64,000 bases of DNA. Origin: an uncultured bacterium. GTDB taxonomy: Bacteria > Bacillota_I > Bacilli_A > RFN20 > CAG-826. The notes under the pieces were generated by a model that was not told where the DNA came from, searched no databases, and saw only the letters and a program-made list of their open reading frames with translations. Both the position numbers and the translations under genes were made by a program. Location: the NCBI GenBank assembly GCA_949292105.1, contig CASEYK010000016.1:9256-73255 (forward strand), read 5' to 3'. Shown piece by piece: positions 52,250 to 62,569 of this stretch (positions within the stretch are counted from its first letter, which is position 1; every line of letters starts with the position of its first letter).

Positions 52250-54303
52250 TGAAAAAGAATGTGTCCAAATTGCTTACAGTTTTATTGTTATTAAGCTGCG
52301 TTTCTTGTGGAAACCAGAATAATTTTGAAGAATATTCTTTTGCTAATGCTGGATTTGAAACTGGTCTATTGACAAATTGGACAGCGACTGGAGATGCCTT
52401 TTCTGATAACAGTGTTACAATTGCAGATTCAAGCAAGGATAAAATTCATGTTGTTGGTAATTTCTATTTAAATGGTGAATCGAGTGGAAACGCCGCCACC
52501 GGCACCCTTCAGTCCACAACATTTAAACTAAATGGAAATGGCAAAATTGGTTTTATGATTGGTGCTGGTAAAAATCAGTCGCTTGTTTATGTTTCTTTGC
52601 ATTTAGAAGACACTGGTGAAGAAATAGGAAGAGTTAGCAATAAATTTTTTAATAGCGAAAATCCAAACAATCGCATGTATCGCATTATCCTTAATGCTTC
52701 GGAATACATTGGTGAAAATGTTTATTTAAAAATTGTCGATAATGATGCTCAAAACGATGGGTATAACTATATCATGGTTGATGATTTTATTGTTTCTTAT
52801 TTAGGAGATGAAGATGATGGCTCGCTGGTAAGCGATGCAAGAAAATATACCGAAGCAAATAAAAATAATGTTGGCAATGAATATCGCCATACATATCACT
52901 TAATGCCAACCATCGGTTGGATGAATGATCCGAATGGATTTACATACTATGATGGTTATTATCATTTATTTTATCAACATAATCCTTATTCATCCAATTG
53001 GGATACTATGCATTGGGGACATGCTATTTCGAAAGATTTAGTCGTATGGGAAGATGCTGGTGTCGCCTTGGCTCCAGATAAAACATATGATAAACTCGGT
53101 GTCTACTCTGGAGGAGCGATTGAGAAAGATGGAACTCTTAATTTGTTATATACATGTGTCGGTGATGGTGGGGTTCAGCAGCAAGCTCTAGCTACTAGCT
53201 ACGATGGTTATAATTTCACTAAACGCGCGAGTAATCCTGTTATTTCTTCTTCACAAAGGCTCAATTCGAGAGTTACTGACTTTAGAGATCCGTATTTATT
53301 TGAAAAGGATGGCGTTTACTACACCTTAATCGGAGGAAAGCTTGAAGGCGAAGGTGGACAATTAATCTTGTATTCTTCTAAAGATTTAATGAACTGGAAA
53401 ACCATTGGTAGTGTTTATTCTTCAACTTTGACGGGCGGCGGCATGTTTGAATGCCCAAATTTAGCCTTTTTTGGTGATAAAGAAGTTATCATTACTTCTC
53501 CCCAATCAATTCGAGATAGCGAAATATCAAATTATCAAAACATTCATTCAGTCACATATCAGATTGGCGACATCGATTTTGAAAATGGCGTTTTTACAAA
53601 TGAATTTGGTCAAGATTCCATGGAGGAATTTGACAAAGGATTCGATTTTTATGCCACACAAGTAATAAGTGAGGAAGATCGAGTTATTATGCTCGCTTGG
53701 ATGAATATGTGGTCGAGGAGTTATCCAACTGCAACCGATCAATGGGCAGGTGAAATTACTTTGCCTAGAGAATTAGAACTGGTTGATGGACATATTTATC
53801 AAAAACCGATACGCGAAATTGAAAATTACTATCAAAACGAGGTTATTTTGAGCAATATTGATGCAAATAATGAAAATATTGCATTAGATTTTAGAGGTAA
53901 TACTCTTCATTTAAAAGCAGAAATAGATGTATCAAGTTTAAATGGCGGGAAGAGTGGTTTTCATCTATTTAAAGGTTCGGATGAAGAGACAAGCATTTAT
54001 TATGATGATTCACTGGGGATGGTTGTCTTTAATCGAAAAAATAGTGGAGTTGAAATCGATTCTTTTGATGATGATGGCGAGCTAAATGTCCGCTACGCAT
54101 CTATTGAGCCGATTAATGATGTTATTAAATTAGAATTCTTTTTAGATGTTTCGAGCATCGAAGTTTTTATTAATGATGGTTACTATACCATGAGTGGCTT
54201 GGTTTACCCAAGTGAAGGTAGTGATGGAGTTGAATTTTTTGCCACTAATGGCAGTGCTACTTTAAATTCACTCGTCAAACATGATGTGATTGTGGGAGCG
54301 TAA
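52249..54303 (+). CDS. Surface lipoprotein: CBM38-like domain + exo-type GH32 beta-fructosidase
   Basis: Lipobox CVS-C; ANAGFETG...VDDF module; WMNDPNG, FRDP, FECP, GFDFYATQ. Confidence 0.88.
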   Translation: MKKNVSKLLTVLLLLSCVSCGNQNNFEEYSFANAGFETGLLTNWTATGDAFSDNSVTIADSSKDKIHVVGNFYLNGESSGNAATGTLQSTTFKLNGNGKIGFMIGAGKNQSLVYVSLHLEDTGEEIGRVSNKFFNSENPNNRMYRIILNASEYIGENVYLKIVDNDAQNDGYNYIMVDDFIVSYLGDEDDGSLVSDARKYTEANKNNVGNEYRHTYHLMPTIGWMNDPNGFTYYDGYYHLFYQHNPYSSNWDTMHWGHAISKDLVVWEDAGVALAPDKTYDKLGVYSGGAIEKDGTLNLLYTCVGDGGVQQQALATSYDGYNFTKRASNPVISSSQRLNSRVTDFRDPYLFEKDGVYYTLIGGKLEGEGGQLILYSSKDLMNWKTIGSVYSSTLTGGGMFECPNLAFFGDKEVIITSPQSIRDSEISNYQNIHSVTYQIGDIDFENGVFTNEFGQDSMEEFDKGFDFYATQVISEEDRVIMLAWMNMWSRSYPTATDQWAGEITLPRELELVDGHIYQKPIREIENYYQNEVILSNIDANNENIALDFRGNTLHLKAEIDVSSLNGGKSGFHLFKGSDEETSIYYDDSLGMVVFNRKNSGVEIDSFDDDGELNVRYASIEPINDVIKLEFFLDVSSIEVFINDGYYTMSGLVYPSEGSDGVEFFATNGSATLNSLVKHDVIVGA

Positions 54304-54305
54304 AA

Positions 54306-55739
54306 ATGAAGAAGAAAAATTATCGCCCGCTTTTACATATCACTCCAGACCATGGTTGGATAAATGATCCAAATGGCTTTTCATTTTTTAATGGTTTGTA
54401 TCATGTTTTCGCTCAATATTATCCGCATGAACTTAGGTGGGGCCCAATGCATTGGGCACATTTTGTCAGTACTGATTTAATCAATTGGAAACAAGTTCAA
54501 AACGCTCTAAAACCCGATCAGCCTTATGATCAAGATTTTGGATGCTTTTCGGGCAGTGCATTATCCATAAATAATAAGCACATACTTGCCTATACAGGTG
54601 TGGCAAATAACAAGCAAACGCAATGTTTAGCGACTTCAACCGACGGACTTAATTATGTCAAACATCCGTTAAATCCAATTATTGATGAGCGATTATTACC
54701 TTCTGGATATGATGTTGCGAACTTTAGGGATCCTAAGATTTTTTATCGGCACGGTTCTTTTTATATTTTAGTTGGCGCCAAACGAACCGACGGCATTTCT
54801 TCTTTGCTCCTTTTTAGAGGCGATTCGTTTGATCATGTTGAATTTGTTCGCTCTATTTTTGATATGTCAGGTCTCGGTGCAGGAATGTTGGAATGCTGTG
54901 ATATTTTATTCTTAAATGAAAAGGATGATCGATGCATACTTTTGTGTTCACCTCAATTTAAAAAATCACCATGTCCATACCATTATCAAAATATTCATTC
55001 TACTCTTGCTTTATTAGGTGAATTAGATTTTGCAAATTGTTGTTTTATTCCTTCCAGCCCTGAAATTGAATTAGATCTTGGCTTTGATTTTTATGCAGCA
55101 CAAACTCTTGCTCGTGATAATCATTTTTATCTAATTGCGTGGGAATCAATGTGGGATCGAAATTATCCAAGTGAACAGTGTGGTTTTGTCGGTCAATTAA
55201 CATGTCCCCGCGAATTAACAATTATCGATAATTCCATCCATCAGAAGTTTGTTTCTTCTCTAGATAATTATTTTGCTGAAGTTAATTGTTTTGAAGAATT
55301 GCTGGTTGACCACCAAAAAGATTTTTTTAGTCAAGATGAAGTGAGAAGATATCGTTTTGAAGTTGAAGCAGATGGCAATTATTCAATTATTTTATATTCA
55401 AATGGTAAAACAGGTTATGTAATTAATTCCGATATAAAAACAAAACTTGTGCAATTCAATCGTTCTTGTTCGAATGAAAAAATTTCAAATGTTAATGGCA
55501 CTCAAGCCGATGTGCGCAATATTCGCATTGAAGAAGGATGCCAAACTATCAGTTTTGACATTTTAATTGATCATTGCTCGTGCGAAATTTTAATTAACAA
55601 CGGGAGATACTCTTTCACTTCATTGTTTTATCCCGATGGTGAATTTGGCATTTCGTTTATGAATAAGGCGAACAAAATGATTATAAAAAATTTAGTGATT
55701 AGCGGATTAGTAAACAAGGAGGCTTACAAAGATGATTAA
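54306..55739 (+). CDS. Cytoplasmic GH32 beta-fructofuranosidase / sucrose hydrolase
   Basis: No signal peptide; WINDPNG, FSGS, FRDP, LEC, GFDFYAAQ. Confidence 0.9.
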   Translation: MKKKNYRPLLHITPDHGWINDPNGFSFFNGLYHVFAQYYPHELRWGPMHWAHFVSTDLINWKQVQNALKPDQPYDQDFGCFSGSALSINNKHILAYTGVANNKQTQCLATSTDGLNYVKHPLNPIIDERLLPSGYDVANFRDPKIFYRHGSFYILVGAKRTDGISSLLLFRGDSFDHVEFVRSIFDMSGLGAGMLECCDILFLNEKDDRCILLCSPQFKKSPCPYHYQNIHSTLALLGELDFANCCFIPSSPEIELDLGFDFYAAQTLARDNHFYLIAWESMWDRNYPSEQCGFVGQLTCPRELTIIDNSIHQKFVSSLDNYFAEVNCFEELLVDHQKDFFSQDEVRRYRFEVEADGNYSIILYSNGKTGYVINSDIKTKLVQFNRSCSNEKISNVNGTQADVRNIRIEEGCQTISFDILIDHCSCEILINNGRYSFTSLFYPDGEFGISFMNKANKMIIKNLVISGLVNKEAYKDD

Positions 55740-57945
55740 AAAGCATAGTTTTATTATTCCTTTACTTTTTACAGCATTGTTATTCGTTGGTGGCTGTTCA
55801 TCTAACAAAGATGATTCATCATCAATTTATGATGATGAGATTCGAAATGGCAGTTTTGAAAATGGCTTAACTTCTTGGACCATTGGAGGCCTTGGAGGTT
55901 TTAGCGAAGAAGACGTTTCAACAATTGATACATTTTCTGATGGCCAACCAACCGAAAAAGTTGGAAATAGTTTTTATGCTGGAGCTACTTCTTCACTACC
56001 TTCATTTACTGGCACATTAACTTCTGAGCCATTCAATTTAGGGGGAGTTGGTTATATTTCCCTTAAATTAGGAGCAGCTAAAAACGGAGAAAAATGTTAC
56101 ATCGAATTTTATGAAGTTGGAAAAGATGATGTTCCTTTATCTTTCTATCTAGATTACGATACTTCAACTGTTTATACCAAACTTATTAATACTGATTTTA
56201 ATGGAACAACAATCCGCTCATTAATGATGAGACATGTTGTCGATTTGCGTGAATATTTTGAAAAAGATATTTATATTAAAATTACCGATAATGACACTGG
56301 ATCAGATTACACTGATTATTCTTTTGTTAATTTAGATGATTTTAGAGTTTTAAAAACAGCTCAGGAAAAAAATGATGCTTTAGTTGAAAGAGCTGATCAA
56401 TTGCTTCAACACGGAGAAGATGACATTGATGCTGAAAATCCTGTCGAACAACTCCGTAATGGTGGTTTTGAAACAGGCGATACATCATATTGGAAAGCTA
56501 TTTCTGGTGATGCATTTTTAAGCGAAGATATGGTTATTTCTTCAAGCGAAATGTATTGGGGCAACAGGCTTTATCACGCTGATGGAAATTATTTCTTAAA
56601 CAACATAAGTAGCGGTGAAGAAAAAGTTGGCAAAATGCGCTCAGAAAAGTTCATTGTTACAGATCAGGGCGATAATCAATCATACGCTACTTTCATGATG
56701 GGTGCGGCCAAACAATCAACAACCTATGTTGCGGTTAATGATGCTGAAACAGGTAGCGAGCTTATTCGAGTTTATAACAAAGCGTTTAAGGATCCAGGAT
56801 TAGCTCAAGGATTAGTAAGATACTACATTGATTTAAGTGAGTATATTGGTCAAACTCTTTACTTTACGATTGTCGATAATGCTACTGGCGATGGATTCGC
56901 ATTTATTGAAGTTGATGATTTTGAAATAAATCTATCTCAACAAGAAGTAATAAACGGCATCGCTGAACTTCGCCTGTGGGCAAACGATTTGGATGATATG
57001 GAAGCAAAATCAGATTATATCTCTGCATACAATGGGGGAATTTCTTTCCCTATTTCTGGAAATGCTCCAGTGGTTATAGAAGAAAATGGCTATGCCTTAT
57101 CATTAACAGTTGCTCCTAAGGTTATGAATTTAAACCAATTATTTAATCAAGTTATAGTTGTGGATGATTATACAGCAACTGATGATTTGACAAAAAATAT
57201 AGAAGGAATAACCTTTAATGGTGATGAATTAGATGGCGATTATACCAGTTTTGAATTAAATGTCGGAGAATATATAGTCTCGTTGTCTTTTACTGATACT
57301 TATCAAAATAAGACAACAACTAAAGTAAAAATAACAGTAGTTGAGAGTTTAAGTTACGATAGCACTATTGAAAACGGCGACTTTGAGTACGGGAATTTAA
57401 ATGGTTGGACAGTTGTGAGCGGAAATGTTAACACGAGCAATGCTATTGATAATGCCTCTACATTCTGGGCCGAAGCCATTCCATTCAACAAATCAGGAGA
57501 GTATTTCTTCAATGGTTGGAATGCTTGCGAAGTTGAGGCGGATGGATATTCTCTTCGCTCGACAACATTTACGCTAGGTGGCGTCGGTCAAATTAGTTTC
57601 AAACTTGGAGGTCATTCGAGCAAATTAGTTGTCAGAGACGAAGCTGATAATGTTATTGCCGAATATCGAAATTATGCTTTTGCTGATGTGAATTTTCCAA
57701 ATGTTAGCGAAGGTTGTCGCTTGGCAACAATGAATACATATGTTGCTGACTTATCAGAATATATTGGTGAAAACCTTTATATAGAAATCGTTGATGAAGT
57801 AATTTCTGAAGGATGGGCAGTTGCATTCTTTGACGAGATTAATGTTTATCACGAACAAACAATCAACATAGCCGAGGAGTTTGATGTTGTTGAACAATAT
57901 GGCGTTCAAACAAAACTGCCATGGCTAGAAGCTAAAAGTAATTAA
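55732..57945 (+). CDS. Non-catalytic surface lipoprotein with three CBM38-like repeats and an Ig-like spacer
   Basis: Lipobox FVGG-C; repeats begin NGSFENG (~55840), NGGFETG (~56452), NGDFEYG (~57367), each ending DL.EY...Y..I.D...DDF/DEI. Confidence 0.7.
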   Translation: MIKKHSFIIPLLFTALLFVGGCSSNKDDSSSIYDDEIRNGSFENGLTSWTIGGLGGFSEEDVSTIDTFSDGQPTEKVGNSFYAGATSSLPSFTGTLTSEPFNLGGVGYISLKLGAAKNGEKCYIEFYEVGKDDVPLSFYLDYDTSTVYTKLINTDFNGTTIRSLMMRHVVDLREYFEKDIYIKITDNDTGSDYTDYSFVNLDDFRVLKTAQEKNDALVERADQLLQHGEDDIDAENPVEQLRNGGFETGDTSYWKAISGDAFLSEDMVISSSEMYWGNRLYHADGNYFLNNISSGEEKVGKMRSEKFIVTDQGDNQSYATFMMGAAKQSTTYVAVNDAETGSELIRVYNKAFKDPGLAQGLVRYYIDLSEYIGQTLYFTIVDNATGDGFAFIEVDDFEINLSQQEVINGIAELRLWANDLDDMEAKSDYISAYNGGISFPISGNAPVVIEENGYALSLTVAPKVMNLNQLFNQVIVVDDYTATDDLTKNIEGITFNGDELDGDYTSFELNVGEYIVSLSFTDTYQNKTTTKVKITVVESLSYDSTIENGDFEYGNLNGWTVVSGNVNTSNAIDNASTFWAEAIPFNKSGEYFFNGWNACEVEADGYSLRSTTFTLGGVGQISFKLGGHSSKLVVRDEADNVIAEYRNYAFADVNFPNVSEGCRLATMNTYVADLSEYIGENLYIEIVDEVISEGWAVAFFDEINVYHEQTINIAEEFDVVEQYGVQTKLPWLEAKSN

Positions 57946-57955
57946 GGAGGAAATT

Positions 57956-59785
57956 ATGATGAAAAAGAATTTACTTTTAGGATTTGGCATCGTTGCTCTT
58001 GCTTCTGCTGCATTTGGAATATTAAGCAACGAGTCAAAAACAATTTCGTCAGTTAAAGCGGAAGATAATTCAACACTAGTGACATATATTCCTTTTAACA
58101 ATGACAATTTCACAATTGTAACAGATGAAGGAGTTGAAACAGAACTAGGTGATACATCAGATTGGGTTACTGGTCGATATGGTACATTTTGGAACTATAG
58201 GTATTTCAACGCTATGGATGATTTTTATGATGGAAATAGACAAGAAAGTTGGACTGGAACTATTACATCTAGAACATGGGTTCAACAAAATAAATATGTC
58301 ACTTTCACTCTTGGCGGTAACTCTCAGAATAAAGTTTTAATTAAGAATGAGAGTGGAGAAGTTGTTGCAACTGCAAACAATAATTTATTTAATGATCCGT
58401 ACTTATCAGTCAATATGATTACTAAAGTTGTTACTGTTCCAGAAGAATATATTGGTCAGACACTTCATCTTGAAATTATCGATTCAACAACAAATGGTTT
58501 TGGTATGACTACTTTTGGTGCGTTAAAGGTTAACCAAACTTTAGATGATGTTGCTCAAACAGTTGTTGCCCATATTGCTGAAACAAAATGGATTGTTGAC
58601 CTCAATGATGATTCTGCCCCGGCTAATACAAATACTCTTGCGGCTGACTATATCATCAATGTATATCGCACAGCCGATGAGTATGAACTTGTTAGAAATA
58701 ACGGTTTAATAATTAATGAAGATGGCAGTTTTACATCGCCATTAACTGATGTCGATGAAGGTTTTGAATCAAGTGGTTTAACGAATTGGGCGTATGACAT
58801 CGAATATTCAGACAATGGTAACGAAGAGGAACCTGCCAACTACTTTATTCCTTTCGCTTCTTCTATTTCGGAAGAAACATATGCTGGATGGATAGAACAC
58901 ATGCCTTTTAATAAAACCGGCAACAAATTTTACAAAGGATGGGAAGACGGATTTGATGAGGCAGCGAAGTATCGTTTATTATCTGCTCCATTCACGCTTT
59001 CTGGCACAGGACTTATTTCGATTAAAATGGCTGGCAATTCAGCCGCTTTACAAATTTTAGATGCATCCACACATGAACAATTGATGGAAGTCAACAATCA
59101 AGTATTTCTTGACAATGTTGATACTGTTGTTGGTGGCGGCAGATTATGCACTATGGTTCGTCATATCATTGATGCCAGCGATTATCTCGGCCAACAAATT
59201 GTCATCGCTCTTGCTGATAACCGAACAGGCGGTGGCTGGGGATGTGTCTTCTTTGATGAATTAATTACAAACTATCAGGCTTTGCCTTCGTTAAAATTGG
59301 ATACAATTGTTCAAAGTGGGACTATTAATGGCGAAGATGTCACTAATTATGGCGTTATTCGAGACACATATGTTGGATCTATGGATTCAACTTTTGGCCA
59401 AGCGTATACATTTATGAACAATTATTATGATACTTTGAGAAATTCAACTAATAATTTTTCATATTGTAGTATAATCTCTAGTGAAGAAGTCAAAAATGTT
59501 TTGGAAAGTTATGAAGCACTTCCTGAAGAAGTTCAAACAATTGTCCAAAACAGTGATGACTATTCATATACTGGCTCTATTTATTCAAGCGAAGTTCAAT
59601 TGTACAAAGTCATTGAGACAATCAACTACATTAATGGTCAAAACGACAATGCTGGAAATTTAAAATCATCATTTGGTGTTTTACCTGTTAAGAATAGCAT
59701 CGCGATTGCCATTGGTGTTTTATCGTTGACAGTATTCCTTTTCGCGGTTATTTTTGTCAGTAGAAAGAAAAAAACACATAACTAG
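57956..59785 (+). CDS. Secreted, C-terminally membrane-anchored protein with two CBM38-like repeats
   Basis: Signal peptide (VKA-E); repeats ~58094-58534 and ~58751-59275; helical C-terminal domain, TM helix, RKKK tail. Confidence 0.65.
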   Translation: MMKKNLLLGFGIVALASAAFGILSNESKTISSVKAEDNSTLVTYIPFNNDNFTIVTDEGVETELGDTSDWVTGRYGTFWNYRYFNAMDDFYDGNRQESWTGTITSRTWVQQNKYVTFTLGGNSQNKVLIKNESGEVVATANNNLFNDPYLSVNMITKVVTVPEEYIGQTLHLEIIDSTTNGFGMTTFGALKVNQTLDDVAQTVVAHIAETKWIVDLNDDSAPANTNTLAADYIINVYRTADEYELVRNNGLIINEDGSFTSPLTDVDEGFESSGLTNWAYDIEYSDNGNEEEPANYFIPFASSISEETYAGWIEHMPFNKTGNKFYKGWEDGFDEAAKYRLLSAPFTLSGTGLISIKMAGNSAALQILDASTHEQLMEVNNQVFLDNVDTVVGGGRLCTMVRHIIDASDYLGQQIVIALADNRTGGGWGCVFFDELITNYQALPSLKLDTIVQSGTINGEDVTNYGVIRDTYVGSMDSTFGQAYTFMNNYYDTLRNSTNNFSYCSIISSEEVKNVLESYEALPEEVQTIVQNSDDYSYTGSIYSSEVQLYKVIETINYINGQNDNAGNLKSSFGVLPVKNSIAIAIGVLSLTVFLFAVIFVSRKKKTHN

Positions 59786-59797
59786 TAGGTAATAAGG

Positions 59798-60754
59798 ATG
59801 GGAAAAACAATTGTCGATATCGCAAAGATTGCGAATGTTAGCAAATCGACCGTATCTAGATATTTGAACAATGGATATGTGTCGAAAGAAGCTCAAGAGA
59901 GAATCAAACAAGCGATTGAATCAGAAAATTATGAGCAGAATTCATTTGGAAGAATGCTCAAACTGAATCGCTCCTTTGCTATCGCTTTATGCGTGCCGAT
60001 GATTTCCCATCCTTTTTTCGCAAAAATCACTGAAGAAATTGAAAACTGCGCATATGAATTTGGCTATAAACTGCTAGTCACTGATTCAGATAATAATCGT
60101 GCTAGAGAAGAAGAATTTATTCGTATGGTTTATAAAAATCAGGTCGATGGTATTATTTTTATCACTCATAACAAGTACGAATGTTTTGATTCTTCCTTAC
60201 CAATTGTTACAATTGATCGTCTATTTGGCGATAATGTCCCATGCATCACTTCTGATAATTACAACGCTACATATAACGCTATTAAATATCTCTTTGAAAA
60301 GGGATGCCACAATATTGGTTTTATCGGAGGCAGACCCCTTGTTAATTCAGAAGTGCTAGAACGATATCATGCTTATCTTGATGCTTGCAAAGATTTTGGT
60401 TTGCAGACATATGTCTCTTATGGAGATTTTAGGCATGGTGAAGAATACACTCATTCCAATGAATTTTTGCATAAGTATACAAATTTAGATGCCGTGTTTG
60501 CTACCTCTGATACATTTGGTTTTACAATTTATCGCGTGGCTACCGAAATGAAATATCCACAGCAATTAAAAATTATTACTTACGACGGCTGTATGAGCGA
60601 TTGGATTCAAAATCCAGCTTTTACAACCATCCGTCAAGATTTGAAAAGTATGGCTTTTAAAGTCGTGGATACTTTAATTAAAAGAATCAACAAAAAACAA
60701 GTTGAAAGCAAAATTGTTGTGCCAACCGAATTCATTATTGGAGAAACTACATAA
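59798..60754 (+). CDS. LacI-family transcriptional regulator (ScrR-like)
   Basis: TIVDIAKIANVSKSTVSRYLN HTH, QVDGII, TTIRQD. Confidence 0.95.
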   Translation: MGKTIVDIAKIANVSKSTVSRYLNNGYVSKEAQERIKQAIESENYEQNSFGRMLKLNRSFAIALCVPMISHPFFAKITEEIENCAYEFGYKLLVTDSDNNRAREEEFIRMVYKNQVDGIIFITHNKYECFDSSLPIVTIDRLFGDNVPCITSDNYNATYNAIKYLFEKGCHNIGFIGGRPLVNSEVLERYHAYLDACKDFGLQTYVSYGDFRHGEEYTHSNEFLHKYTNLDAVFATSDTFGFTIYRVATEMKYPQQLKIITYDGCMSDWIQNPAFTTIRQDLKSMAFKVVDTLIKRINKKQVESKIVVPTEFIIGETT

Positions 60755-61680
60755 TGATTTTAATCGTCGGTGAAATATTGATGGATGTTTTTAAAGAACA
60801 TAACAATGTTGAGTCCCACCCAGGTGGAGCCCCTTTCAATGTTGCTTGCAATGTTGCTTTTTTTGGTGGCGATGTTGCTTTCTATGGATGCGTTGGCAAC
60901 GATGACTATGGAAACCAATTATATGAATTCTCAAAAACAATAGCTTTAAAAAAGAATTTGGTTCAACGACTAGGAAAGCACCATACAACTGTTGCGCTCG
61001 TCAGTTTAAATCAAGGTGAAAGATCATTTCGTTTTTTAAGAGATGACGGCACTGATTATCAATTTGATTTTGAAAAATTCAAAACAATTGACTTAAGCGA
61101 AATTAATATTGTCCATTTCGGTTCTTTAATGCTATCACATCAGTCTGGACGAGAATTTTTAAACAAAGCAATTGAATATTTACGTCAATTCCCTCATATT
61201 CAAATTTCATTTGATGTAAACTATCGCGATGATATTTTTGAAGACACTAATTCTAAATCGTTTTATTTAAATGTTATTGAGAAATCCGATTTGGTTAAAA
61301 TTAGCGAAGATGAAGTTCACTTTTTATCAGGATGTTCATCGATAGAAGAAGGTTTAAATCAAATTTTTCATTCACGACAGCATGTTTTTTTATCACTTGG
61401 TCAAGAAGGTTCATGCTATTACCACGAACAGAAACTTATAAAAGCAAAAACAATTAAAGTTCGCCCAGTTGATACGACAGGCGCTGGTGATAGTTTTTAT
61501 TCCTACATTTTGTACTGTTTGAATAAGGATAAGAATATTTTATTGGATACCATCAAGATTCAAAACATGTTGGAATGTGCAAATATTGTCGGTGCGTATG
61601 CTACAACAAAAAAAGGCGCTATTGGTGTTGTACCATCAGTAGATGTAATAGTGGAAATCCAAAAAAATGAAAAGAAATAG
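60754..61680 (+). CDS. scrK: Fructokinase (PfkB family)
   Basis: GGAPFNVA, FDVNYR, VDTTGAGDSF; fructan operon context. Confidence 0.85.
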   Translation: MILIVGEILMDVFKEHNNVESHPGGAPFNVACNVAFFGGDVAFYGCVGNDDYGNQLYEFSKTIALKKNLVQRLGKHHTTVALVSLNQGERSFRFLRDDGTDYQFDFEKFKTIDLSEINIVHFGSLMLSHQSGREFLNKAIEYLRQFPHIQISFDVNYRDDIFEDTNSKSFYLNVIEKSDLVKISEDEVHFLSGCSSIEEGLNQIFHSRQHVFLSLGQEGSCYYHEQKLIKAKTIKVRPVDTTGAGDSFYSYILYCLNKDKNILLDTIKIQNMLECANIVGAYATTKKGAIGVVPSVDVIVEIQKNEKK

Positions 61681-62566
61681 TTTATATAATTTTTTCAATA
61701 AAAATAATGATAAGCCAAATTCCGATCGACTCCCATCAAATCGCTTTAAAGCTTATTTTGATATTCTTCGCAATCGATTTGGAAAAGTTGTTTTGCTCTC
61801 ACTCATTACAACTATTTTCTTTTTGCCACTGATTATCTTTTCGTTTTTTTGGAATGTTTACAGCAATTATTCTATTGAACAATTTGCCGTCGAAAACTCT
61901 GATCAAACTCTTATTTTATTTCAGAAATTTTCTCTTATTTCTATGCAATATTTATTTTCTATACCTCTTTTTATCATTGGCTTTATTGGCTTGGGAGGTA
62001 CTTTTTATGTCAGCAAGAAAATGGTGTTTCAAGAAGGAGATATTTTCCTGTGGAGCGATTTTTTCTCTGGCGTTAAGTCAAATATTAAATCATCCTTATT
62101 GAGCGGTGTATGTTTTTCTGTTTATCTATTAATTTACTTTATGAATATCTATTTTTATCCGATTGTTAGCGAAATTCCGTTTGCTGTTAAAATCATCCTT
62201 ATTATTTTACTGAGCATTATATTGGTTTTTGTTACTAGTTTTTGCTTATTTGTTCTCGCTAGTGCATCTATTTATCAGTTCAAATTTGTACCAACAGTTA
62301 AAAACAACGCTCTTTTAGCAGCTATCTTATTTCCAACGAATATTTTGATGTGCCTTCTCAGCCTCTTCTTTTTTATTGGTGCATTTTTATTGCCATACAT
62401 TATTATTCAAAGCATATTTTTATTGCTTATCATTTTATTTGGTTTTTCACATCTTGCTATTTCATTTAATCTTTATGCATTCAAAATGTTTGATAAACAT
62501 ATCAATATTCGGTATTCTCAAGAACTTACCGACAAAGGTTTAGATAAAGGCCAAAAGGAGGAATAA
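61667..62566 (+). CDS. YesL/DUF624-like membrane protein associated with sugar ABC transporters
   Basis: Multi-TM; LWSDFFSGVKSNIK pattern; operon context. Confidence 0.6.
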   Translation: MKRNSLYNFFNKNNDKPNSDRLPSNRFKAYFDILRNRFGKVVLLSLITTIFFLPLIIFSFFWNVYSNYSIEQFAVENSDQTLILFQKFSLISMQYLFSIPLFIIGFIGLGGTFYVSKKMVFQEGDIFLWSDFFSGVKSNIKSSLLSGVCFSVYLLIYFMNIYFYPIVSEIPFAVKIILIILLSIILVFVTSFCLFVLASASIYQFKFVPTVKNNALLAAILFPTNILMCLLSLFFFIGAFLLPYIIIQSIFLLLIILFGFSHLAISFNLYAFKMFDKHINIRYSQELTDKGLDKGQKEE

Positions 62567-62569
62567 TTT

